Both the position numbers and the translations under genes were made by a program. Positions 13,648-24,540 of a stretch of 64,000 bases of DNA are shown one piece after another. This DNA is from Mobula hypostoma. Lineage: Eukaryota. The notes beneath the pieces are model-generated. The model was not told the DNA's origin and ran no database searches. It saw only the letters and a program-made list of their open reading frames with translations. The number at the start of each line of letters is the position of its first letter. Position 1 is the stretch's first letter. The DNA lies in the NCBI RefSeq assembly GCF_963921235.1, contig NC_086097.1, positions 144,400,001 to 144,464,000 of the forward strand. The letters run 5' to 3'.

Positions 13648-14960
13648 TCCAGTAGCACTCATATCCATGGCGATGAAGAGCTCTGAGAGGTTGGTGATGA
13701 CTAGAGTTAACTCCTGTCTCAGCAAGAACCCGGACACACTAAAATTTGCCTATCTCCACAATAGGTCTAAAGCAGATGTAATAATATTGGCTCTTCACAA
13801 AGCCTTGGATCACCTGGACAATAGAAATACTGATGTCAGGGTGCTGTTTACGAACTACAGATCAGCGCTTAACCCAATCATTCCTATAGTTCTGATCGAA
13901 AAGCTCCAGAACCTGGGTTTCCGTACCTCCCTCTGCAACTAGATCCTCGACTTCCTCACTGGGAGAACACAACATATGCAGGTCGGAAATAACATTCCCA
14001 CCTCACTGACAATCAACGCTGATGCACTTCACTGATGTATGCTCAGAACACTGCTCTACTCGCTCTACACCCATGAATGCGTGGCTAGGCACAGCTCAAA
14101 TGTCACCTATCAATTTGCTGCTGACACCACTCTTGTTGGCAGAATTTCAGGTGGTGATGAGAGGGTGTACAAGAGTGCGATGGATCAGCTGGTTGAGTGG
14201 TGTTGCAGCAACAACCTTTGGCTCAACATCAGTAAGACCAAAGGACTGATTATGAACTTCAGAGAGGGTAAGACGAGGGAACACACACCAGTCTTCATAG
14301 AGGAATCAGAGGTGAAAGAGTAAGCAGCTTCATGTTCCTGGGTATCAATATCTCTGAGGATTTATCCAGGCTCAACATATTGATGCAGCTATAACGAAGG
14401 CACAACAGCGGCTATGTTTCATTAGTTGTTTGAGGAGATTTGATATGTCACCAAAGACACACATTTCTACAGATACACCATGGAGAGCATTCTAACTGGC
14501 TGCATCACCATCTGGTATTAGAGGGGAGGGCTACAGCAAGTTGTGAACTTAGTCAGCTCCATCATGGACACGAGTCTCTGTAGTATCCAGGACATTTTAA
14601 AGGAACAATGCCTCAGAAAGGTGGCATCCATCATTAAGGACTCCCATCACCAGGATGTGCCCTCTTCTCATTACTACCATCAAGGAGGAGGTACAGGAGC
14701 TTGAAGGCACACGTTCAATGATTCAGGAACCGTTTCATCAGATTTCTGAATGGACATTGAACCCATGAACACTACCTCACTACTTTTTTATTTTTAATTC
14801 TGCACTACTTAATTTAATTTAACTACATTATATATATAAAATTACTGTAATTTACATTTTTTCTCTATTATTATGTATTGCATTGTGCTGCTGCCACAGA
14901 GAAAAGAAATTTCATGATATATGCCAGTGATATTAGACCGGATTGTGATTCTCAATCTGG
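13648..14960 (+). mobile_element. Rex1/Babar-like LINE, 5'-truncated RT to 3' end
   Basis: LKFAYLHNRSKADVIILALHKALDHLDNRNTDVRVLF and LLYSLYTHECVA...FAADTTLVGRI...WCCSNNL.LNISKTK; tail gccagtgatattagaccggattgtgattct. Confidence 0.85.
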
Positions 14961-15832
14961 TTCTGACTTTTGCCCATGTTGCCATTGACCTTCCCTGCTA
15001 ACAGTGCCAGTTGTGGTGCCAGTAATCTGGCTTCTGATGCCATCTTCACCAATAGTATTTTAAGTAATATGTTTGTTTGAAAGGGGGACATCCATAGGAG
15101 ATTCTTTCATTACCTGTCTATGCTTCTTGGTTGTCACTCATCTATCTGACTGAAGCTTTGGTGTGACTTCCTCCCCCAAACTCCTGTCAACCACACTCTC
15201 TGCCTCTTCTGTTCTCCTCAGTAAGCCCAGGTGCTGCTCCAGCTTATTCGTGTGGTCTGAGAGGAGCTGTGGCAAGCCACATAACTTGCAAGCGTAGCCA
15301 TCAGGAACCGGACCTCTCCCTGATCTCCCAAATCTGATAGGAGGAGCACTCCACCCCACTGCCCTTTTAATAACTAATGCACTGAAGATAAGACAGACAG
15401 TGAAAAGCTGTAAAAACAAGGATGTTCTTTTTAAACAATGAATGCCCGTGAGGCTGGAGGAAATGGGGACTATCAGTGATTTCAGAAGTAAATCAGACAA
15501 GCAAACAGGCAGCGCTGTGGAATTGAGCATGAAAAAGGAGCTGACTAGAGAGCTGACATGGACTTAGTACGCTGAACGTTCTCCTCCTCGGTTATGGAGC
15601 CATAGAGACATAGAGACATACAGCATGGAAACAGGCTCCTCAGTGCACTGATACACACTGCCCAAAGTGCTCATTAAAGCTTGCCTGCATTTGGCCCATA
15701 TCCTGCTAACCCTTTCCTATCCATGTACCTGGAATCATACATAGAATATAGAGTGCCTTTTCAAGTGCTGTTAATGTACCTGCCTCCGCCTGTTCCTCTG
15801 GACCAGCCCATTCCATTTACTGACCACCTTCT

Positions 15833-17108
15833 CAAGGAAAATCATGTCTGACGAATCTCATCGAATTTTTTGTGGATGTAACTCATAGAGTGGATAGGGG
15901 AGAACCAGTGGATGTGGTATATTTGGATTTTCAAAGGGCTTTTGACATTAGTGTGCAATCTTAAAGCACATAGTATTGGGGGTATGGTATTGATGTGGAT
16001 AGAGATGTGGGTATGGTTGGCGGACAGGAAGCAAAGAGTGGGAATAAACGGGACCTTTTCAAAATGGCAGGCAGTGACTAATGGGGTACCGCAAGGCTCA
16101 GTGCTGGGACCCCAGTTGTTTACAATATATATTAAAGACTTAGACGAGGGAATTAAATGCAGCATCTCCAAGTTTGCGGATGACACGAAGCTGGGCGGCA
16201 GTGTTAGCTGTGAGGAGGATGCTATGAGGATGCAGGGTGACTTGGATAGGTTAGGTGAGTGGGCAAATTCATGGCAGATGCAATTTAATGTGGATAAATG
16301 TGAGGTTATCGACTTTGGTGGCAAGAACAGGAAAACAGGTTATTATCTGAATGGTGGCCGATTAGGAAAAGGGGAGGTGCAACGAGACCTGGGTGTCATT
16401 GTACACCAGTCATTGAACGTGGGCATGCAGGTACAGCAGGCGGTGAAAAAGGCGAATGGTATGCTGGCATTCATAGCAAGAGGATTCGAGTACAGGAGCA
16501 GGGAGGTACTACTGCAGTTGTACAAGTCCTTGGTGAGACCACACCTAGAGTATTGTGTGCAGTTTTGGTCCCCTAATCTGAGGAAAGACATTCTTGCCAT
16601 AGAGGGAGTACAAAGAAGGTTCACCAGCTTGATTCTTGGGATGGCAGGACTTTCATATGATGAAAGACTGGATTGAATAGGCTTTTACTCGCTGGAATTT
16701 AGAAGATTGAGGGGGGATTTTATTGAAAGTATAAAATTCTAAAGGGATTGGACAGGCTAGATGTAGAAAGATTATTCCCGATGTTGGGGAAGTCCAGAAT
16801 GAGGGGGTCACAGTTTCAGGATAAAGGGGAAGCCTTTTAAGACCGAGATGAGGAAAAACTTCTTCACACAGAGAGTGGTGAATCTGTGGAATTCTCTGCC
16901 ACAGGAAACAGTTGAGGCCAGTTCATTGGCTATATTTAAGAGGGAGTTAGATATGGCCCTTGTGGCTAAAGGGATCAGGGGGCATGGAGAGAAGGCAGGT
17001 ACAGGGTTCTGAGTTGGATGATCAGCCATGATCATACTGAATGGCGGTGCAGGCTCGAAGGGCCAAATGGCCTACTCCTGCACCTATTTTCTATGTTTCT
17101 ATGTTTCT
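15833..17108 (+). mobile_element. Young CR1 LINE, 5'-truncated (RT domain to 3' UTR)
   Basis: GVPQGSVLGPQLFTIYI...SKFADDTKLGG...RPHLEYCVQFWSP; in-frame TGA at 16674; (tttctatg)n tail; possible ttct duplication at 15829-15832 / 17105-17108. Confidence 0.95.
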
Positions 17109-17127
17109 GGGTGAAAAAGATGTCCAC

Positions 17128-17788
17128 CAGAGAAAGCAAGATCTCCCAGTGGCCACACATTTTAATTCCGCGTCCCATTCCCATTCTGACATGTCTATCC
17201 GCGGCCTCCTCTACTGTCAAGATGAAGCCACACTCAGATTGGAGGAACAACACCTTATATTCCATCTGGGTAGCCTCCAACCTGATGGCATGAACATTGA
17301 CTTCTCTAACTTCCGTTAATGCCCCTCCTCCCCTTCACACCCCAGCCCTTATTTATTTATTTAATATATTTTTTTATTTTTCCCCCTTTTGTATCTCTCT
17401 CTCTCTTTTATCTCCCTCTGTTCCTCTCACTATAACTCCTTGCCTGCTCTCCACCATCCGGGCTCCCCTCCCCCCTTCTCTCTCTCCCCAGGCTTCCCAT
17501 CCCATGATCCTCTTCCTTCTCCAGCCTCATTTCCCTTTTGCCAATCAACTTTCCAGCTCTTAGATCCATCCCTCCCCCTCCTGTCTTCTCCTATCATTTC
17601 GGATCTCCTCCTCCCCCTCCCCCTCCCACTTTCAAATCTCTTACTAGCTCTTCTTTCAATTAGTCCTGACGAAGGGTCTAGGCCCGAAACGTCAACTGTA
17701 CCTCTTCCTATAGATGCTGCCTGGTCTGCTGCGTTCACCAGCATTTTTCGTGTGTTGCTTGAATTTCCAGCATCTGCAGATTTCCTCG
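17128..17788 (+). mobile_element. Penelope-like element, 5'-truncated (GIY-YIG C-terminus + pseudo-LTR)
   Basis: DLPVATHFNSASHSHSDMSIRGLLYCQDEATLRLEEQHLIFHLGSLQPDGMNIDFSNFR* resembles the PLE GIY-YIG end; pyrimidine-rich 3' region; 7-bp TSD tgtccac at 17121-17127 and 17789-17795. Confidence 0.88.
17662..17697 (+). ncRNA. Minimal type I hammerhead ribozyme motif in the PLE terminal repeat
   Basis: AGTC-CTGACGA-A-GGGT(CTAG)GCCC-GAAA-CG-TC^-AACT: complete CUGANGA/GAAA/UH core, stem II, palindromic ACGU as stem III; predicted cleavage after C17693. Confidence 0.78.
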
Positions 17789-18118
17789 TGTCCACAGGTT
17801 CCCAATAAACTTTCTCCCTTCAGCTGAAACCCATGTCCTCCATCTCTAGATTTCCCAATCCAAATTCATTGATGAAAAAAGAGAAAATAAACCCTACAAT
17901 CTATATATTCCTCTCCTTCCTCTCTGGATAATTCATGAAATTAACTGATCATACATATAGTTAATGATAATGTCCCTTATTATGATAACATCCCCACTGC
18001 AGGCAACATATCGCTTCCTTTTGAGAGTGTAAGAAGAATCAACTAATAATGCACTAGATGGCAGTGCGTTCCAGAGGCTTCAAATTCTGGGAAGGATAAG
18101 ACCTAATACATGGACAAC

Positions 18119-18249
18119 ACACACAGGAGTTGCCGGTGGACGTTGACTGTACCTCTTCCTAGAGATGCTGCCTGGCCTGCTGTGTTCACCAGCAACTTTT
18201 GTGTGTGTTGCTTGAAATTCCAGCATCTGCAGATTTCCTCGTCTTTGCA
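18119..18249 (+). mobile_element. 131-bp PLE-derived insertion with inverted 5' segment
   Basis: 15-bp TSD taatacatggacaac at 18104-18118 and 18250-18264; 18141-18242 matches 17690-17789. Confidence 0.85.
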
Positions 18250-18789
18250 TAATACATGGACAACCTTAGTTTGTCTAGTTTAATTGCATGTTCCTGATCT
18301 TCTCCATTTCACAAATCGAGAAAATCAGTGAATTGATAGTGATAAGATTAGATCTGCTGCTGACAGCTTCCAAACTCCCAGTTCCCCTGGCCATGCACTG
18401 GTACCATATCACAACCAGGCTCACACATAAACACTACACTGAAGTATTAGAGAATGGCTTTTGCCTCTAGAGCACCTTCAAAAAAGATGGAAGAATTAGA
18501 AGTTGGTGGATGATGGAAATTTATGATTGAACAACAGTTAGAGTGATGAAAGGATCATTGTGAAAAGTCCTGAATTAAGTCACGTCATGCTTTCATTCTG
18601 GAAATTTCTCTCTCAGCCTCCTGCAATCTCATTTTCATTTCAAACACAAACTTCAAACAATCAGCTAAAAGTAAAAGCAGGTGTTAATCCGAGTGGCACC
18701 TCATGGAATTCACCCTTTACTTGCAAAATCCAACATACTCCTCACAGTTGGAGTTTTACAATTCCTGTTTCAGGCAAATCGGCCTGAAC

Positions 18790-19850
18790 TTTTCACATTG
18801 ATGCAATCATGAAGAAGGCACGCCAGCGGCTCCACTTCATTAAGAGTCTGAGGAGATTTGGCAGACGTATGGTGGACAGCACTCTGAATAGTCGTACCAC
18901 CACCTGGTACGGAGCCTCCAATGCACAGAATCACAAAAGGCTGTAGACTCAGCCAGTTTCATTGTCAGAGAAACTCAACCCACCAATGAGGAATCCTCAA
19001 GGGGCAGATCAATAATTAAGACCCTTATCACCCAGGACATGCCCTCTTCATGCTACAAATATTGGGGAGAGGGTCCAAGAGTGCAAGGACCCACACTCAG
19101 CCTTTCAAGAATGGCTTCTGCCCATCCATTTTCCGATTGCCGATGAACCCATGAACCCTATCTCATTATTTGTCTTTTGCATATTTTGTTTTTTTTTGTA
19201 ACTTATAATAACTTTTATGTCTTGCACTTCACTACTGCCTCAAAAGAACAAAATTTACACATAGTGGTCACTTTATTAGGTGCATCTGTACACTTGCCTG
19301 ATAATACAAATATATAATCAGCCAATCATCTGGCAGACACTCAGTGCATAAAAGCATGCAGACATTGTCAAAAGGTTCAGTTGTTGGTCAGACCAAGCAC
19401 CGCAATGGGGAAGCAATGTGATCTAAGTGACTGTGACTGTGGAATGATTGGTGGTGCCAGAGGGCATGGTTTGAGTATCTCAGAAACTGCTGATCTTCTA
19501 GGATATTCACGACAAGAGCTTTCAGAGAATGAAGCAAAAAACTAAAATTTAAAAAAAACCACGTGAGTGGCAGTTCTGTGGGCAAAAACACTTTATTAAT
19601 GAGAATAGTCAGAGGAGAACGACTAGACTGGTTCAAGCTGACAGGAAGGCAACAGTAACTCAAGTAACCATGTATTACAACAGTGGTGTGCAGAAGAGCA
19701 TCTCTGAATGCACAACACGTTGAACCATGAAGTGGATGTGCTACAGCAGCAGAATACAACATACACTCAGTGGCCACTTTATTAGGTACAGGAGGTACCT
19801 AATAAAGTGGCTACCGTGTGTATATCAGTGATAATAAACTTGATTCTAAT
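18790..19850 (+). mobile_element. Rex1/Babar-like 3' fragment interrupted by a Tc1 derivative
   Basis: Similar to 14375-14950; its tail (cagtgataataaacttgattct) resumes at about 19823 after the Tc1 copy. Confidence 0.7.
19258..19820 (+). mobile_element. Non-autonomous Tc1 transposon, second copy
   Basis: Colinear with 8985-9546; TA dinucleotides at 19256-19257 and 19821-19822; TIR consensus cactcagtggccactttattaggtac. Confidence 0.88.
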
Positions 19851-21526
19851 TATGAGCCTTCTGATTTAATGCTGGTGTCCAATGGTTTACAGCCGTGCTT
19901 ACAATCATTTTGGTAATGTTTCAATCCAAGTCCGTCACAGCCACTTTGAGCTGATCTCCAGAGGGGCTGAATGGATTGCACCCATTTATATGAATGGTGG
20001 TCTGATGACGAACAGACATTGCTGTTCTCTATATTTTAGTGTTTCGAGTTCAGATGGATAGAACAAACACTGTTCTCACTGGATACAATTATCCTGCCCT
20101 CCATTCTCTGACCGACTGTGACAAACAACATTTACCAACATATGCCAGTGATATTAAACCTGATTCTGATGGGTGATGTGCGATTGCTGATAAGAAGTCG
20201 ATGCATGGACAGATCTTGGGATCTACAGCTCTCTGAAAGTGTTAATACAAATAGACAAGGGTGTAAAGAAGGGATACAACATACACTACTTGCCTCTATT
20301 GAATGGTGCATTGAGCATAAATGCTAGGAAGTTATATTGTAATTGTACAAATCTTTGGCTGCTCCCATCTGGAGAACTGAGCAGATCTCTTGTCATCACA
20401 TTATAGGAGCTATGGAGAGGGTGCAGAGGAGGATCACGAGGATGTTGCCTAGATTGGAGAGTATCAGTAATAAGGAATGGTTGCCAAACTTGGATGGTTT
20501 ACTCTCAATTGGAGGCTGAGAGATGGGAGAGGGCAGTAGCGACCTGATGGAAGTATATAAAATTATGAGAAGTTTTAGAGAGTTAGAAGTTTTTTCCCTA
20601 AGTAGAAATGTCAGCTGCCAGAGGACATACTGTAGCCTTAAGGTGAGAGGGGGAAAGTTTTCAGCAGATTTACATTTTTTTGTGCAGAGAGTTAGTCTGC
20701 ACTGCCATGAGAAGTGGTGGAAACAAATACAATATTTATGAGGCATTTAGATAGGTGCATAATTAGGCAGAGAATGGAGACTTATAGACATTGCGCACAC
20801 CGATGGGGTAGCTTGACTTGGTATTGCAATCAACACAGACTGGGGCTGAAAATCCTGCTCCTGTGCCATACTGCTGTTCTATGTTCTATGTCTGAGGCAG
20901 GCAAGAGAATGGGGATTATTTTCTATAAGAGATGCAAGCTTTGGACCTGCATAACTTTCAAGTGGGGCAGGAGAACAGACATTGAAAAATGGGGACACCA
21001 TTTTAAATGGGGCAATTGGGCAGATGGGAATGGATATATGATTTACGATGTTCCTTTTGCTAGATGTTGAAATGCAGAGCCCTGTGTAATAATATCTCAA
21101 GCTTATCACCATTAGAATGTTTTATGTTGAAAATTTGATCCTGTGTTGATGTAACATAATATTGGAATAGCTGTTGTCAACAAATGCATATTCTGTTATT
21201 ATCTAAAGACAAATTTTACAAGTAAAAAAATCATTTGGGGGAAATATTGGATGCCAGTGATTCTCTTCCAACTTATAGAAGCACAACAGAGCACCTAATA
21301 TCCCAAGGCAGTCTCACTGTGGGAGATGGGACACAACAATCTGGAACCAAATCTAGATGAGGTACAAAAGGTCCTAATTTATAGATTTAAAACTTACATC
21401 ATATCAATACTTATATTTGTGGTTAGTGGTAGTCTTAAATGAATTGTAAGATTAATATTTAACATCCTATAAGTGCCCCATCTACTGGTGGTATTTGGAA
21501 TTGTATCTGGGAAGTGTAACAGGCAA

Positions 21527-21705
21527 ACAACAAACTGCTAGAGAAACTCATCAGGTCAAACAGCAACTGTGGATGCAAAGGGGTAATCGATGTTTTGGGG
21601 GCAGGGCCTTGATACAAAATGTTGGCTCTCCCTTTGTCTTCACAGTTTCTCCAGAAACCTTTTTTTTCCTGCTCCAAATTCCAGCATCTGTCGTCTCTCT
21701 TGTGT
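21527..21705. mobile_element. Inverted (head-to-head) PLE terminal-repeat fragment
   Basis: Minus arm 21527-21600 and plus arm 21601-21705 both resemble the sequence downstream of the hammerhead; another decayed + copy at about 22170-22320. Confidence 0.6.
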
Positions 21706-22584
21706 GTCACCATTGAACGACTGCTTCTACTTGAAGTCTCTTCATGACACATCCACTTTGAGGAAGTTTTCTTTTCATCTCTTCAACTGGTGTTCTGTGG
21801 GTCTCTCTCTCCACCCTCTCTCATTTTTCCTACTCTTCTACTCTTTGACTATATTTTTACCAAGACTCACGGCTACAGCTATGTGTTTTCCTCACAACTT
21901 GGCTTTGCAGCCATTTTGTTCCATATGGTTTCCAGCTCCATTTTCAGGTCTCTCAGTTTGGTCCCAGCAGGATCTCAGGTGTATACATTCTATTCACGGT
22001 TTCTCTACACAGTTTCTCCTCCATTTTTCCCTCCACCATTCCCATTATGCATTGGTACCTCTTGTCCCTTCCCCTCTCTCCCTCTCTCTCTCCGCTGTTC
22101 TGGTTGGCCCGCAACTTCTCTTTGTCGTCCACCAGATCCACTCTTTCTCTTCCATGTCCATAGACTCCATGAAGGATCATAAACTTGCCTGCCAAGTCCT
22201 AGTGCAGGGTCTCATCCTGAAAAGCCAGCTGTCCATTTGCCTCCACAGATGCTGCTGTCCTACTGAGATCCTCTACAAGTTTGTTTCCAGGTTCCGGCAT
22301 CTGCAGTCTCTCCTCTGCCTGCAAGAGTGAGTGGCAACTGTGAACATTTTATGAAGTACACAGAATATTCAGGTTGCAACTACAGGAACATGTGGGTTAG
22401 AGAGTTATGTGTTTACAGCTCGTGCAGATAATTTGGCAAATCTCATCCATGCCAGCTATTGGGTACTGATCCATTCTCATCTTATCTTCCAGCACTAGGC
22501 TATAATTTCAGGGAAGGAAATTGCCTTTTAAACTCATGAGAGAGCATAGGCCATCAACTTTTTGCTGTTGATGTTTCTGTAGCA

Positions 22585-22729
22585 GGCAATTTCTTTTTTA
22601 CGAGGTCAAGTTGCTAGCTCAACGCTCAACCCGGCATGGATGGAAAGTGTGCAAGGGAACCGGCCGGATTCGAACTCAGGAGCCTTCGCGCCAAAGTCCG
22701 GCGCTGATGCCAGTATACCACCAGCTGGC
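22585..22729 (-). mobile_element. tRNA-derived SINE
   Basis: Minus strand gccagctggtggtatactggcatcagcgccggac...gagttcgaatcc: Pol III A and B boxes followed by a non-tRNA body; same head type as 53455-53651. Confidence 0.7.
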
Positions 22730-24079
22730 TTAGTATTTCAAGCGCCGATCTAAATATTCCTTAAATGTTGTGAGTGCAACTATCTCCAATATTCTTCAGG
22801 CAGTGTCAATCTTCCTCAGATTGCCTCTAATTATTCTACATTGCACCTTTAACCTATACCCTCTGGCTATAGGTGCCTCTGTTATGGGGAAAAGCTTCTT
22901 ACAATTCACCGTATCTATGACTTCCTGATTCAGTGTACCTGAGACAGCTATCCCCTCAGCCTTCTCTGTTTCAGAGAAAGTAAATCCAGCCTGTCTGGTC
23001 CTTCTTCATGAGCGAAACGGTCCACCCAGTCAGCATCCTGGACTATCTCCTCTACTACTACTATTATGTCCTGTCCATGCTCCCAAGCCAAGTGCAATCA
23101 GATCTTTCCAGCTTCAGCTGTGACTTAGTCATATTTTATAAGGTTGTTCCAAAACCCTGATATTATTTTCTGTGGTTTGGCTAATAATAGTATTTATTAG
23201 TAGAGATCAAGATAATAACATATAAATGGATCTATAAATTTAGAATATTTTCACCTGGATTTACTTTGAGAAAGGGATGTCTTGAGGAGGAAAAACCAAA
23301 ATGCTAATGTTTGAATTGATGGTTAATTACAGATGAGCCATGTATGTCCTTTCAGAAAGATCTAAGAGATTCTTCAACCCTGGTTGTAATTCATTTTCAA
23401 CCTATATTACAAAAGAAAATATCTGACCATGTATTTTCCTACTGTTAGCACGAGCTGCTGCTTGTAAATTAGTTATCCTGCATTATTCCACTGACAACAC
23501 TTCAGTTCAGTCCTGAGATAGTAAAGCTAGATATTATTTTAGTTTTTGATTCATGCACTTCCATTCTATTTTACTCAATCGTCAACAAATTACATTTATA
23601 GAGTGTTGAGTTCTTCAGCACAGAAGCTGTCATTCAGCTCATCTAGTTTGTGCCAACCTGGTCTCCTGCTTAATCCCATTTCCCTGCACTTGGGTCACGG
23701 TCCTCACACTCCTCTTCACTCTTTGCAACTTCTCTTACATGTTACAATTGAATCTGCATCTAGCTCTCCTGCTGGCAGCTCTACTCCACACGCATAATGT
23801 CCTCAGAGTGAAGAAGTTCCCCATCTATCCCTCTCATAGCTTCCTAAGATCTCCCCTCGTTCTTCTGTGTGTTGGGGGCTGGTGCAGATAAAGGATGCCT
23901 ATGTGGGGAAGTTAATGGACTGACAGCAAGAGTTTTGGATCATTGATTCAGAAACACCGCCTCAAATCCCAACATTGCAGCAGCAATGGAATTTAAGTAA
24001 ATTGTAGAACTTCAATTCAATAAAGAATTAATAGACGCAGTTTGAAGAATAAGAAAAATAATTAGGCATAATATGATGC

Positions 24080-24540
24080 AAAGTTATATTAGAGGACAGA
24101 TGATGAACGGTAGCTACCTCTAACTGAAAAAAGCACTGTGGATAGAGATTGGGGGCTTAGATTGCTGAAAGAATAGTGGCAATCAGAGAGCAGAGGGAGC
24201 CAGAATCGGCTGAACACAACTAACTTCTCCGGTCTGTCTGAAAGACAGACAAGGATAACAGTGATGGTGCCCGTCAAAGCTTCGGATAGATTTGAAACAG
24301 TAAGATTACAATGTGGTACACTGGGAGCCAATGGGTTGAACGAAGGTTGGTGTAAGTGAAGATATGGACGGGAGACTTTTGGATTAGCACAGGTTGGCCG
24401 AAGTTGGAAAATGGAAGGCCAGCCAGGATAGCAATAGAGTTGTTGAGTCAGGCAATAACAAAGGTGTGGATGTCACCTGCAGTAAGCTTGCATGAGAGAG
24501 AGATGGAGACGGGCAGAAATCACATAGCCATAAGGAGGAT
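24080..24540 (-). mobile_element. Ancient L2-like LINE 3' remnant
   Basis: Minus strand reads IHTFVIA*LNNSIAILAGLP, resembling the L2 ORF2 motif IHAFVTSRLDYxNxLLAGLP. Confidence 0.55.

Larger units (their letters stand above)
10450..15360 (-). mobile_element. Old, near-full-length, interrupted CR1 LINE (ORF1 + ORF2)
   Basis: Minus-strand pieces in the expected order: ORF1 zinc-finger/coiled-coil (VPDGYACKLC...15138-15330), SGNH-esterase-like segment (HASEARNR...LNVWLRNW 13181-13366), endonuclease end (LDLIFGNEP 12927-13142), RT (KFADSIKI...WQMEFNLKKCE 11504-11815), ORF2 end (ALEKVQKMFT 10711-10935). Confidence 0.8.
15600..17850 (-). mobile_element. Old CR1 3' remnant acting as host for two younger insertions
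   Basis: Host pieces 15600-15832, 17109-17127 and 17796-17850 join into continuous antisense CR1 sequence (accaccttct|gggtgaaaaagatgtccac|aggttccc). Confidence 0.7.

Noticed and set aside
15842..17035. Antisense ORFs conserved between 15842-17035 and 33712-34641
   Set aside because: They are shadows of the CR1 ORF2 frame, repeated only because the element is repeated.
21590..22330. 246-aa ORF
   Set aside because: Low-complexity L/S/F-rich translation of pyrimidine-rich DNA spanning decayed PLE fragments; no recognisable domain.
22655..22729. tRNA gene on the minus strand
   Set aside because: A and B boxes are present but the sequence runs into a SINE body and has a diverged relative at 53455, so it is a SINE head.
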